Shown piece after piece: positions 9,142 to 17,530 of a stretch of 21,124 nucleotides of DNA. The notes under the pieces were generated by a model. That model had not been told where the DNA came from and searched no databases. It saw only the letters and a program-made list of their open reading frames with translations. A program made the position numbers and the translations under genes. The stretch is from Myxococcota bacterium (lineage in GTDB: Bacteria > Myxococcota_A > Bradymonadia > UBA7976 > UBA1532), in the NCBI GenBank assembly GCA_036337435.1, contig JAYZEG010000070.1, positions 1 to 21,124 on the forward strand. The letters are read 5' to 3'. Positions within the stretch are counted from its first letter, which is position 1. Every line of letters starts with the position of its first letter.

Positions 9142-10227
9142 TTAGATCATTACCTGAAGAAGTCCGAGTGAAAAGACAGACAAAACAAACGCCGAGAAGA
9201 AACCAGCGTACAGTGCTTTCAGGCCGATATTCTTGAGCGTTCTGAAGTGAACGCCGAGTCCTACCCCAGCCATGGCCATCGTGACAAGAAAAAGGGATGC
9301 TGTCGTGACAAGACTCTTCATCGATAGCGGAATGGCTGCCGCTGACCAAAATGCACTGTCCTTGAGATGGACGGTGAAATCGGGCAAAAGATTTGCCGAA
9401 TTGGCAATGGCGAGAGCGATAAATCCAAGGATGAAGGGCGGAAACAGTGTGGTCCACTGGGCCCGTCTTGGTACATATGCTTCTTCCTTTCGCCGTTTTT
9501 CTCGCGCATACCATACGCCGAGAAGAAGGAGCATGGGTGCAAGCAGGAGAACGCGGACAAGTTTTACGATCACTGCGATTTCGCCAGCAGATTCGCTGTA
9601 AGCGAAGCCGGCTGCCATGACTTGGGGCGTCGCCTGGATTGCAATGCCTGCCCAAATCCCAAATTCATTGTCTGTTAGCCCCAAAGCATGGCCAAGTGGG
9701 GGGAACACGAAAATCGCGGCGAGTCCAAAAATTGTAATGGTGGTTATCGCGAAGGCGGTGTCATTGTCATCTGCCTCGATGGATGGTGCCGAGACAGCGA
9801 TTGCGGTTCCGCCACAGATGGCCGTTCCAATGCCGATCAGCAGTCCAAGCTTTTGCCCGACGCCTAGCTGCTTGCAGAGCCATAGGGTCAGGGCCAATGC
9901 AACAATGACGCAGAGGGTTGATAGCAGTAACGCTTGTCCAGACACTTTCAACACGTAGTTGAAGTCGAGTTTTGCACCCATGAGTACAATGGCAAAGGGA
10001 AGCAGCCTCTTGACTGAAAACTTAATCCCGCTTCCTGCTGTTCTTGGCAAATACAGGGTGTTGCGAACAAGCATGCCGAGCACAATGGCGATTAGCAATG
10101 CGTCGATGGGATGACGACCATCGATGGTAAATGGTGCAAATGGCAGTTTGTTTATGTAGAGCGCGAGCGCAGCGATTGTCGCTGTGAGTGCAGTGCCAAG
10201 CCAGATGCTTTGTCCTTGGTCAGCCAC
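9142..10227 (-). CDS. YeiH/UPF0324 putative sulfate (sulfite) exporter family membrane protein
   Basis: Many hydrophobic segments; family motifs AIVLGM, LIGIGTAICGGTAIAV, FGIWAG.AI..TPQV.AAG, VKLVRVLLLAP, MAMAGVGL. GTG start 3 bp after the cysK stop. Confidence 0.88.
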   Translation of the reverse strand: MADQGQSIWLGTALTATIAALALYINKLPFAPFTIDGRHPIDALLIAIVLGMLVRNTLYLPRTAGSGIKFSVKRLLPFAIVLMGAKLDFNYVLKVSGQALLLSTLCVIVALALTLWLCKQLGVGQKLGLLIGIGTAICGGTAIAVSAPSIEADDNDTAFAITTITIFGLAAIFVFPPLGHALGLTDNEFGIWAGIAIQATPQVMAAGFAYSESAGEIAVIVKLVRVLLLAPMLLLLGVWYAREKRRKEEAYVPRRAQWTTLFPPFILGFIALAIANSANLLPDFTVHLKDSAFWSAAAIPLSMKSLVTTASLFLVTMAMAGVGLGVHFRTLKNIGLKALYAGFFSAFVLSVFSLGLLQVMI

Positions 10228-10230
10228 GGG

Positions 10231-11184
10231 TCAAATAATGAAATCCAGCCCGGGAGCTGGACCGAGGGGGTTGTCCTGGCTGAGATAACGCTCCCAACTG
10301 TCACAAATCACAGTGACAACGGTTTTACCGGGTCCGATGGCCGCGGCGAGTTTGACTGCGATAGCCACATTGGCTCCGGCTGACAGGCCTGCCAAAATGC
10401 CTTCTTCGCGAGCCAGTCGGCGAGTCATCTTATAAGCGTCAGTGCCATCACAGGTATAGATTTCGTCGATCACAGTGCGGTCTAGATTCGATGGGATAAA
10501 GCCGGCACCGATCCCTTGGATTGAATGCGGTCGTACTTGCCCTCCGCCAATGGCTTGGGAATCAAAGGGTTCGATGGCAACGATCTTGGTTGCCGGATAC
10601 TCGGCCTTGAAGACGCGCCCCACACCTGAGACCGTGCCGCCGGTGCCAACGCCGCTGACGAATACATCGGGAGCGGCCCCGAGGGCTGCGACGATTTCTT
10701 TTGCTGTCGTTTCCGAATGTGCATCTGGATTGGCCGGGTTCGAGAATTGCTGCGCCATAAAACACCGAGGATTACTGTCCACGATTGCTTGAGCACGCTC
10801 TATGGCCCCCTGCATGAGCTTGCGAGCAGGTGTCAGGATGACCTGAGCTCCAAGATGCTCCATAAGTTTGCGTCGTTCGTTAGACTTGTCATCGGGCATC
10901 GTGATGATCAGTTTGTAGCCTTTGACGGCCGCAACCAGTGCTAATCCAATCCCGGTGTTCCCGCTGGTCGGTTCAACGATGGTATCTCCAGCTTTGAGCA
11001 CCCCTTTTGCTTCAGCGGCCTCGATCATCGCAAGGGCGATACGGTCTTTTACGCTGCCCCCGGGGTTGCTTGACTCAAGTTTAACCAAAACCGTCGCTGA
11101 GGGGCGTTCGACAACCCGTTTCAGTCGCACCATTGGCGTCTGTCCGACCAACTCAAGTACATTGTCCGAAATCAAGGGTTTCAC
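10231..11184 (-). CDS. cysK: Cysteine synthase (O-acetylserine sulfhydrylase, CysK-like)
   Basis: GQTPMVRL; KLESSNPGGSVKDRIA (PLP Lys); EPTSGNTGIGLA; QQFSNPAN; GVGTGGT; HSIQGIGAGF; ERYLS. Confidence 0.9.
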   Translation of the reverse strand: MKPLISDNVLELVGQTPMVRLKRVVERPSATVLVKLESSNPGGSVKDRIALAMIEAAEAKGVLKAGDTIVEPTSGNTGIGLALVAAVKGYKLIITMPDDKSNERRKLMEHLGAQVILTPARKLMQGAIERAQAIVDSNPRCFMAQQFSNPANPDAHSETTAKEIVAALGAAPDVFVSGVGTGGTVSGVGRVFKAEYPATKIVAIEPFDSQAIGGGQVRPHSIQGIGAGFIPSNLDRTVIDEIYTCDGTDAYKMTRRLAREEGILAGLSAGANVAIAVKLAAAIGPGKTVVTVICDSWERYLSQDNPLGPAPGLDFII

Positions 11185-11219
11185 GTCGCTTAAGCGGCCT
11201 CGTATTGACGTTCCGTTCA

Positions 11220-11249
11220 GTCGTACACGGCCCTCTTAAGAAAGGTCAA
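11220..11249 (-). promoter_or_regulatory. Possible sigma70-type promoter for the cysK cluster
   Basis: Minus strand TTGACC (11249-11244), 18-nt spacer, TACGAC (11225-11220), in the 106-bp gap upstream of cysK. The -10 match is weak. Confidence 0.25.
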
Positions 11250-11290
11250 GGACATTTAAGCTTTTGGGCACTCACGAGCAGACTGAGCCG

Positions 11291-13117
11291 CTATTCGGCA
11301 TCTCCCTCGGCGTCTATCCCGGCATCGGCTACGTCATCTACATCAGACTCGCTGTCTTGCGCGTTACCCATGTCTGGATTATCCGGTTCTGCAGCACCAC
11401 AGGTCTCAACACCCGTCTCGGGAAGGGCGTCCAAATACTCGACGTTCATAGATGTGATTTGGACCTGACTCGCACCTGGGTTCAGGAATAGCGTATGTAA
11501 CTTCTGGCCCGAATCCGGCAGACAGTTTGCAGCGAGGGTGAGCGCTTGATTACTGCCATTCAAAGCCGGGGTAAATTTATATTCGTAGTCAAATTGAACA
11601 GGCCGACCAGCAGTGACTGCAATGGGGGTGTCTTTTCGAACCATTAAGCTCAGCGGTGACGCACTGCCCCCGCCTCCGAAGCCAGGAACTGGTCCTTGGC
11701 CACCCGCAGAAACTGACCATGACAGGCGTACGGCGCTTGTTCCGTCTTGAGGTCTTACGTGAAATTGCTTAAAGGCCGGAACACCATCTACAAAGCCGCT
11801 GACGCCAGCCGATTGGGTGCCTTCGACTAAATGTGGAAGAGCATTTCGTCCAGCGTTGAAGCGAGACCAGCCCAAAGAACGTTCACATGAGCCGAAACCA
11901 TGGCGGGCAAAAATATCGGCCGCTTGAGCTTCAACGTCAGGCCCAAAGTCAGCAGCTACACCTAACATGAGGGCTGCAGCGGCGGCATGATTTGTCCCGT
12001 AAGTGAATTGTTCGAGAGCCAGGTAGGCGATGGATTCGGCGATTTCTGACCCGACGGCTTCTCGCAGCGACCAGAGCGTGCTTCCAATGATTTCTCCCTG
12101 CGCGTGCACTTCGTCGACCGTGTCATCGGGACATATTTTGACGTTACTCAAGTCTCTCAAGCCGAGACCCATGACGCCCACATATTTGCCGATAACCGGG
12201 TCGTTAGAGATTGACGCTGCGAAAAAATCGGCGAGCCCCTCGTTCATTGAACGTGGGGACATATCAAGTCCGTATTCATCAAGAACAGCACCCACCGAGA
12301 GTCGATTGGTGCCGACGACCGCGTGTGTGTACTCGTGATAAATGACTCGACTGTCATAGGCGAAATCGAGGTCCCCTTGAAAAAAAACAATGCTGTCGCT
12401 GTCGCGCGGCGGGAGTCCGAACTGAGACGCAAATTGTCGCCACGCTTCTTTCGGGAAGAAGGCAGCATTTGACAGGCCGATCCAGCCATCAGGACCTGGA
12501 TTCAGAAAGGGCAGTGGTGGGTCAACTTGGATTTGCACGTTAACCAGGGCTGGCAGCGGGTAATCGAGTTCAGCGAAGCCATGTACATCCTTGAAGTAAT
12601 CATGGGCCTGGTTGACATGATGATACATCATGATTTCCGCAAATTGGTCATTGGGGTCACTATCCTGGTCTGGTGGTGCGATGCTCAGGTAATGCCCATC
12701 GGGGTCTGGTCTGACGGTCTGCACCTCGTTACACAGAGCGATGGAGATGTTGAAACCCCCAACGTCTGGCATTGCAACGACGCCACCCTCTTCGTTGAGG
12801 CAATTGAATACTTGGACCCAGGGGCTGGTCAGAGCCCCTTCAGGATGGGCCGATTTCTCGACTGTCACCTCAGACAGGGTGCCCTCATCGGTCGTCGGGT
12901 CATTGAGATAAACCGAAGCGAGTGGCTCGTCGAGCAGAGGGTAGTTGATCTGGGGCTCCTGGCCTCCAAGATCGATTGGCCTGATAGCCGCATCGGCACT
13001 CAATGATGCATCAGGTGTTAAGATGACGATGCCCTCATTTGCCGGCTTGTTGTCTATGCAGCCCGACGCCAGGGCGAGGGAGAGGAACGCTGCAGCACTC
13101 TTCAGATGTATGTTCAT
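11291..13117 (-). CDS. Zinc metalloprotease, thermolysin/fungalysin-like (M4/M36) catalytic domain, lipoprotein
   Basis: ATG 13117 after GAGAGA; lipobox LASG|C; MMYHHVNQAHDYF; HEYTH at 12323-12337; third ligand motif NEGLADFFA; EVHAQGEIIGSTLWSLR; acidic C-terminal tail. Confidence 0.85.
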   Translation of the reverse strand: MNIHLKSAAAFLSLALASGCIDNKPANEGIVILTPDASLSADAAIRPIDLGGQEPQINYPLLDEPLASVYLNDPTTDEGTLSEVTVEKSAHPEGALTSPWVQVFNCLNEEGGVVAMPDVGGFNISIALCNEVQTVRPDPDGHYLSIAPPDQDSDPNDQFAEIMMYHHVNQAHDYFKDVHGFAELDYPLPALVNVQIQVDPPLPFLNPGPDGWIGLSNAAFFPKEAWRQFASQFGLPPRDSDSIVFFQGDLDFAYDSRVIYHEYTHAVVGTNRLSVGAVLDEYGLDMSPRSMNEGLADFFAASISNDPVIGKYVGVMGLGLRDLSNVKICPDDTVDEVHAQGEIIGSTLWSLREAVGSEIAESIAYLALEQFTYGTNHAAAAALMLGVAADFGPDVEAQAADIFARHGFGSCERSLGWSRFNAGRNALPHLVEGTQSAGVSGFVDGVPAFKQFHVRPQDGTSAVRLSWSVSAGGQGPVPGFGGGGSASPLSLMVRKDTPIAVTAGRPVQFDYEYKFTPALNGSNQALTLAANCLPDSGQKLHTLFLNPGASQVQITSMNVEYLDALPETGVETCGAAEPDNPDMGNAQDSESDVDDVADAGIDAEGDAE

Positions 13118-13145
13118 TGGTGTCTCTCTGGGGTCCGAAAGTCGA

Positions 13146-13784
13146 TTAGTGAAGGAGGGCATTGCGTATGCTCAAAAGGGCACCCGTTGATGCATCTATG
13201 CGAACCTTGACGTGGCTTACCATGGGTAGGGGAGCAACATTGAATTCATAAATGGGGGTGGCGAAAGCTCCGGTTGTCGTCAAACCGAAAACCGCTTCAA
13301 TGGCCTTCATGCCAACCGGCTTTGAACCGAAGCGGGCCTCGAGTGCGCTTGACACAGCGGCTCGCGCCTGTCGTTCATCGATAACGGCTCGCGCTGCCCC
13401 CGTTATGGGGACGCAGTCCGTATTGAATGCAATGATGTGGCCATCTCCATCTACGGTCACTGTTGCCGAACGGTCTAAAACGATGGTGTTGTCATGCCAT
13501 TGACGGTACCGAAGCACGGTGCGCCCCTTGGTTGTGACCTCAGATTCAAAGCGGAGTCCAGGTCCGCCTGTGAGCAGGCTAAAACGATCGAGAAAGTAGC
13601 GTCCTCTCTCTCTGTTCGTTTTTCCTTGCGTAGGCAGTTTTATCCTTGTGATGACTCGCGCTTGGCCGGAGGTTGTGGACCAGACGATACGGGCATTGGC
13701 CAGTGTCTCTAGTTGGGTGCGTACCTCAGTTGGGGCCAGGGGCGTTCCAAGAAAGGTTCCAATGATAAAGAAAAAGGGCAGCAT
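13146..13784 (-). CDS. Stand-alone FTP + PepSY protease propeptide-like protein
   Basis: GGAGG RBS 4 nt before ATG 13784; hydrophobic signal MLPFFFIIGTFLG; FTP-like TVLRYRQWHDNTIVLDRSATVTVDGDGHI; PepSY-like IDERQARAAV...YEFNV...VRIDASTGALL; no HExxH. Confidence 0.75.
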   Translation of the reverse strand: MLPFFFIIGTFLGTPLAPTEVRTQLETLANARIVWSTTSGQARVITRIKLPTQGKTNRERGRYFLDRFSLLTGGPGLRFESEVTTKGRTVLRYRQWHDNTIVLDRSATVTVDGDGHIIAFNTDCVPITGAARAVIDERQARAAVSSALEARFGSKPVGMKAIEAVFGLTTTGAFATPIYEFNVAPLPMVSHVKVRIDASTGALLSIRNALLH

Positions 13785-14097
13785 GATTCCTCCGTTCAAC
13801 TCGACCCGATGAGCAAAATGACGTGTCGTATTGGTCACGCTGATTGGGTCAGCGCACAAAACGATGCGCTGCCGATACAGCAACTCTCGGTCCGGTTACT
13901 GGAAAAAAGATAAAGAGTCTTTTTGAGTGTCTCAATAACCGGTTTCCTATGGGTACTGCTAGCCCCTTTGTCAGTTTAAAATTTTGTGTCTCACCCTATG
14001 CGACGACTCTATTTTTCGGGATGAAAATTTCGCGGTGAGTTAAGATTGTTGGGGAGCCGTTTTAAAGACCTGAGCTGTCTGGCCGATGTATTAGGTG

Positions 14098-16605
14098 ATG
14101 AACAAGAAACTCAAAGTACGGGTTTTTAAGTTTGGCGGCTCAAGTTTATCGAGTGCGGAACGCATCGTTGCAGCTGTCGGGCTTGTCGAGGCCGGCCTCC
14201 GCACGAGTAACGTGATTACAGTGACATCGGCGATGGGTGGTACGACGGATCGGCTGAGTCATCTGGCAAGCTCCGGCGTGTCTTCGACAGAATGGGGTCG
14301 AACTGTTGATTCATTGAGTGACCAGTACCTTGACGTCGTGACCCGGCTTGAGCTCGCTGACTTCTATCGAAACCGCGTATCTCAGCTTTTGGACCGCTTG
14401 CGAAGCCTTTATCCTCAACAAGGGCCGACGGATTCCGAGAGCCGGAGAGATGAGATCATGGGATTTGGGGAACGGCTTACAGCCCCCCTTTTTGCGGGCC
14501 GTTTGGCGAAGACCGCGAGCGGGTCAAATGCGGCTTTGCTCGATGGGACCGATTTCTTTCTGACAGACGCTAACTTTACCGATGCATGGCTGGTCAAAGA
14601 TGAGACCTATGCCGCTGTGTCGAGGGCCCTTGAACCTCATCTGGTTCCGGCGCGCCCGGTCGTGGTGACGGGCTACTGTGGGCGAACCCATCTTGGAGTA
14701 CCGACGACTTTAGGTCGGGGTGGTTCAGACTCGACTGCAACGGTCATTGCAAGAGCTGTAAATGCTGAATCAGTCACCTTGTGGTCAGATGTTCCCGGTG
14801 TCATGACCGCGGATCCTCGGCGGGTTGGGGATGCCCGTACTCTGCCGCATCTGTCCTATGGCGAGGCTGCTGAACTGTCTTTCTATGGTGCGAAAGTGCT
14901 TCATCCAAGGGCAATGCAGCCTGTCTCAGAAGGCTGCATCCCCGTTCTCTGCAAGAGCACCTTTGCGCCTAACGAGCAAGGCACTTTAATCGACAGTCGT
15001 GGGCCCGGAGGCGTCGACCCAGTCAAAGCATGTAGCCTCGAATCAGGATACAGAAGCATGTCGATCATTGGACCCGGTATGGTCGGACTTTCTGGTGTGG
15101 CAGCCCAGGTTTTGGCCGCACTCGCCGCGGTAGAGATTAATGTCGTCATGCTCAGTCAGGCTTGCTCTGAGTTAGCTTTGACGGTGGTGGTACGGGGTAA
15201 GGACTCAGACCGTGCGAGGCGCGCACTGGAGGCGGCCTGTGAGCGGGACGTTCTCAAGGACGCCTCGGCGAGTCTTAGACTTAGGCCGGAACCCATCAGT
15301 CTGATCGCGGCAGTTGGAGCAGACATGGCGCGTGTTCCCGGTGTGGCGGGTCGATTCATGACCGCTCTCGGAAAAGCCAAAGTGAATGTTGTTGCCATTT
15401 CACAGGCTGATACTGAGCTGAACATAACAGCGGCAATCGAAAGCCAATCGGGTGACGTTGCCCTGCAGGCGATTCACGAGGAGTTTGGGCTGGGTCGACG
15501 GCCAACTATCAATGCGAATCAGCAAGGGTGTGACCTTTTGCTGCTCGGCATGGGTCAAATTTCAACCAAGTTTGTTGGCCTGGTGCAGGACCAAATTCGC
15601 TCAGGTGTTGGGCTCAATATTGTTGCTGTCGCTGACACGAGCGGCTTCTTATTTCGACCCCCTGGCGTCGATCCAGCTGAACTCAATTCGGCCTACTTTG
15701 GCAAAAAAGAAGGTCGGCAACTTAAGTCACTTGGACATGTCGTTGACGGTGATAGCGAGTCGTTGATTCGAAAGGCCCTTCAATATCGATTGAATTCGCC
15801 AATCGTGGTGGACATGACGGCAGATTGTGGTCTGGCGGATGCGTTGGTGACTGCCAAGAGGCTTGGAGCCCATGTCGTAAGCGCGAACAAAGCACCCTTC
15901 GCAGGCTCCATAAGTCAATTCAATGATTTATTTGAAGGCCAGGGGATGACTTGCATTGAGGCGACGGTTGGCGCAGGCCTGCCCGTCATCGATACGTTGC
16001 GTAGCCTTCGAGACACAGGTGATTCGGTTCAACTGATTGAGGGCTGTTTTTCGGGTACGCTTGGATATATCATGACCCGGGTCGAAGAGGGGATAAGCCT
16101 GTCAAAAGCTGTGCTCGAGGCACTCGATTATGGTTATACTGAGCCAGACCCTGCCATTGATTTGAGCGGATTAGACGTGTTTCGAAAGGCCGTCATATTG
16201 GCGCGGGTGGCCGGCTGGATACCTGGTCAGTCTGCGGACGATTGTCGTCCCTTTATTGCGGACTTGGGTACGGGTCTCCCCAAACAGGTACTGATGAGAC
16301 GTATAGAGGGGCAAAATTCGGTGTTCGCAAAATCCGTAGAGGCGGCGGCGAGTCGAGGGTCGCGGCTGAGATATGTTGCCACGGTTGACCCAACGGGGGT
16401 CAAGGTTGGGCTCAAAGAGTTAGATGGGACTCACCCACTCGCCCAGCTGAAAGGGACTGACAACATGGTCGTTTTCTCAACGGCACGTTACAGCGAGCGC
16501 CCCCTGGCCATAATGGGGCCAGGTGCCGGGCCTGATGTGACAGCCATGGGCGTCATGGCCGATGTCTTAAGGATCATACGGCAGTCTCGAGTGACCTATG
16601 CCTGA
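14098..16605 (+). CDS. thrA: Bifunctional aspartokinase / homoserine dehydrogenase
   Basis: Kinase motifs FKFGGSS, SAMGGTTD, TTLGRGGSD, WSDVPGVMTADPR, ELSFYGAKVLHP; two ACT-like domains; dehydrogenase motifs VVSANK, EATVGAGLPVI, GYTEPDP..DLSGLDV.RK, GPGAG..VTA. Start is ATG 14098 or GTG 14095. Confidence 0.93.
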   Translation: MNKKLKVRVFKFGGSSLSSAERIVAAVGLVEAGLRTSNVITVTSAMGGTTDRLSHLASSGVSSTEWGRTVDSLSDQYLDVVTRLELADFYRNRVSQLLDRLRSLYPQQGPTDSESRRDEIMGFGERLTAPLFAGRLAKTASGSNAALLDGTDFFLTDANFTDAWLVKDETYAAVSRALEPHLVPARPVVVTGYCGRTHLGVPTTLGRGGSDSTATVIARAVNAESVTLWSDVPGVMTADPRRVGDARTLPHLSYGEAAELSFYGAKVLHPRAMQPVSEGCIPVLCKSTFAPNEQGTLIDSRGPGGVDPVKACSLESGYRSMSIIGPGMVGLSGVAAQVLAALAAVEINVVMLSQACSELALTVVVRGKDSDRARRALEAACERDVLKDASASLRLRPEPISLIAAVGADMARVPGVAGRFMTALGKAKVNVVAISQADTELNITAAIESQSGDVALQAIHEEFGLGRRPTINANQQGCDLLLLGMGQISTKFVGLVQDQIRSGVGLNIVAVADTSGFLFRPPGVDPAELNSAYFGKKEGRQLKSLGHVVDGDSESLIRKALQYRLNSPIVVDMTADCGLADALVTAKRLGAHVVSANKAPFAGSISQFNDLFEGQGMTCIEATVGAGLPVIDTLRSLRDTGDSVQLIEGCFSGTLGYIMTRVEEGISLSKAVLEALDYGYTEPDPAIDLSGLDVFRKAVILARVAGWIPGQSADDCRPFIADLGTGLPKQVLMRRIEGQNSVFAKSVEAAASRGSRLRYVATVDPTGVKVGLKELDGTHPLAQLKGTDNMVVFSTARYSERPLAIMGPGAGPDVTAMGVMADVLRIIRQSRVTYA

Positions 16606-17530
16606 GCGCATCCGGGCCTTTGCGCCTGCGACCGTCGCGAACGTTGGATGCGGCTTTGATTCTTTGGGCTTTGCGGTTGAGGGTCTCGGCGATGAGGTGA
16701 CGGCGGTGCGGCGCTCTCAGGCGGGCGTTTCGATCGGCGACATCGAGTCGACCGTTGACCTTCCCATGTCTAGCGACAGCAACATCATTGGCATTGTCGC
16801 AAAGAGTGTATTGAAGCGGGCGTCCGCCAAATTTGGTGTCGAGTTATTCTTAAAAAAAGGATTGGGGGTTGGGACCGGTTTGGGGAGTTCGGCTGCCAGT
16901 GCGGCGGCAGCGGGATACGCGGTGAATGAGCTGCTTGATACGCCTTTGTCACAAAAGGAACTCCTGGATGCGATCCTCGATGGTGAGGAAGCCGTCTCAG
17001 GTCGTCACGCGGATAACGCCGCGCCAGCACTGCTCGGAGGACTGGTTCTCATTACTGGGCAAGAGTTAAGCGGGCTTCGGGTTTTGCCAGTGCCCGATGG
17101 CTTACAAGTGGTCTTGGTCTCTCCTGACTTTCGACTGGATACGCGAAAAGCCCGTTCGGTTCTGCCATCCGAGGTGCGCTTGGGTGAGGCTCTGAAACAA
17201 AGCCGTAATTTGGCAGCCTTGGTGGATGCTTGCCATCGTAATGATGCGTTGGATTTTCTGTCCGCTGCTCGGGATGAATTGATAGAGGCGTATCGTTTGC
17301 CCCTCATACCGGGGGCTTTGGAGGCGACGCAGCGGTGCAGAGAATTGGGCTATGTTGCGACGTTTTTGAGCGGATCCGGGCCAACCATAGCTGTTCTCTG
17401 CCTCGATTCCGCAAATATTGACGAGATCCGGCTTGCTATCGAGGGCGCGTTTTCAGGCTCCGGTTTAACCAGTTTCTGCCATGTGTCCTCGGTCGGAGCA
17501 GCCGGCGCACGGCGATTGGAGCCGACATGA
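16598..17530 (+). CDS. thrB: Homoserine kinase (GHMP family)
   Basis: APATVANVGCGFDSLG, GTGLGSSAAS, HADNAAPALLGG, LSGSGPT; 8-bp overlap with the thrA end. Confidence 0.93.
   Translation: MPERIRAFAPATVANVGCGFDSLGFAVEGLGDEVTAVRRSQAGVSIGDIESTVDLPMSSDSNIIGIVAKSVLKRASAKFGVELFLKKGLGVGTGLGSSAASAAAAGYAVNELLDTPLSQKELLDAILDGEEAVSGRHADNAAPALLGGLVLITGQELSGLRVLPVPDGLQVVLVSPDFRLDTRKARSVLPSEVRLGEALKQSRNLAALVDACHRNDALDFLSAARDELIEAYRLPLIPGALEATQRCRELGYVATFLSGSGPTIAVLCLDSANIDEIRLAIEGAFSGSGLTSFCHVSSVGAAGARRLEPT

Noticed and set aside
9122..9655. 177-aa alternative-frame ORF and the many other 60-160 aa ORFs overlapping the main genes
   Set aside because: They overlap well-supported genes and show no recognisable motifs; expected shadow ORFs in GC-rich DNA.
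13117..13162. Frameshift or pseudogene explanation for the split protease
   Set aside because: The downstream ORF has its own RBS, ATG and complete lipoprotein signal, which a broken single gene would not be expected to have internally.
13785..14097. Thr/Ile-rich leader peptide (thrL attenuator) upstream of thrA
   Set aside because: The short ORFs here (e.g. MRRLYFSG, and the 64-aa ORF 13844..14038) are not Thr/Ile-rich, and no terminator hairpin with a U tract precedes thrA.
15541..15570. Inactive homoserine dehydrogenase because the Rossmann motif reads GMGQIS rather than GxGxxG
   Set aside because: All other dehydrogenase motifs are intact; one substitution is not enough to call loss of function.
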